From the NCBI GenBank assembly GCA_963840855.1, contig CAWJBB010000085.1, forward strand, positions 1 to 64,000: a DNA stretch of 64,000 nucleotides, in the 5' to 3' direction. A program made the position numbers and the translations under genes. Below are positions 63,287-64,000 of the stretch, piece after piece. Each line of letters starts with the position of its first letter. Position 1 is the stretch's first letter. The notes beneath the pieces were generated by a model. The model searched no databases. It was not told the DNA's origin and saw nothing but the letters and a program-made list of their open reading frames with translations. The stretch is from an uncultured delta proteobacterium. GTDB lineage: Bacteria > Desulfobacterota > Binatia > UBA9968.

Positions 63287-63802
63287 CTAGAGATTCCACT
63301 CGCCCGAAACCAGCCGCGGGATGACGGGACGCAAGATTCGATACGACAATCCCCAGAGCCGGTGTGAACCGACCTGATAAAACGACACTTGCTCGGCTTT
63401 CTGCCATGTGGGGAAGCGGTCGATCATCTTGTCATGGGCGCCGGGCCGGGTCAGATCGTTAAGTGTCACGTCGAGAATCTCGGCGATCTCGCGCTCGGCG
63501 ATTTGCCAGCGCTCGGGAACGGTGATGCGCGCGAGATAGGGAAACACGCGATAGCCTGTGGTTCTTGTCTGGATCATGGGCAGTTCCGCGAGCACATCGC
63601 TGGGATCGACGATGAGACCGAGCTCCTCGCGCGCCTCGCGCAGCGCGGTATCGAGCATGGTTTCGTCTTCCGGGTCGTGTTTGCCGCCGGGAAAGGCCAC
63701 TTGCCCGCCATGGATGCCGCCGGGATTTCTGAGAATCATAACGATATGAAGTTCCCCGTCTTTGGAACGGTAGACGGGTATCAGTATCGCGGCATCGATC
63801 AT
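63287..63802 (-). CDS. Nudix hydrolase, CoA pyrophosphatase type
   Basis: HGGQVAFPGGK.D..D....TALREA.EELG and LWGLS motifs. Confidence 0.9.
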   Translation of the reverse strand: MIDAAILIPVYRSKDGELHIVMILRNPGGIHGGQVAFPGGKHDPEDETMLDTALREAREELGLIVDPSDVLAELPMIQTRTTGYRVFPYLARITVPERWQIAEREIAEILDVTLNDLTRPGAHDKMIDRFPTWQKAEQVSFYQVGSHRLWGLSYRILRPVIPRLVSGEWNL

Positions 63803-64000
63803 CGTTTGTTTTTACTACAAGACAACGGCCGCAGGCAACGCGGCCTCCCAATAGTCTAGAGTCCCGTGTCTGGAGTCTCGAGTTAGAACTCATCGGCTTC
63901 ACCACGAAGGCACGAAGAACACGAAGGGTTCGGATATCATCTCTTATACTTCGTGACCTTCGTGGTGAGTCCCCTCTTCTTTGCGACGCTAGGTTCTTTG

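Overview
GC-rich bacterial chromosomal window. The gene and repeat repertoire resembles uncultured Deltaproteobacteria-like/Binatia genomes (inference only). From about 1 to 39.6 kb it holds mostly housekeeping and catabolic genes: xseAB, an M23 peptidase, a minus-strand catabolic cluster (two CrtI-like oxidoreductases, SDR, UbiD, ThDP enzyme, amidase with a small partner, RidA), a RavA/ViaA-like pair, TamA/TamB and amidohydrolases. From about 39.7 to 56.8 kb it is an accessory mosaic. This part has one type I R-M hsdM gene, split by a 2690-bp IS21 with a 6-bp target duplication, and no hsdR or hsdS. It also has several degenerate, co-oriented hsdM fragments interleaved with small cargo genes (PD-(D/E)XK-like nuclease, HAD, DUF1353, YHYH, orphan Hcp), a run of antitoxins whose toxins are truncated or missing, and a nest of Y1 (RAYT-like) and IS91 remnants. 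Intergenic regions throughout carry REP-like palindromes and short-period tandem-repeat hairpins. About 10 small-indel frameshifts in otherwise intact genes suggest sequencing or assembly indel errors. No rRNA, tRNA or CRISPR array was recognised. All family calls come from recognising motifs by eye, not from database searches.
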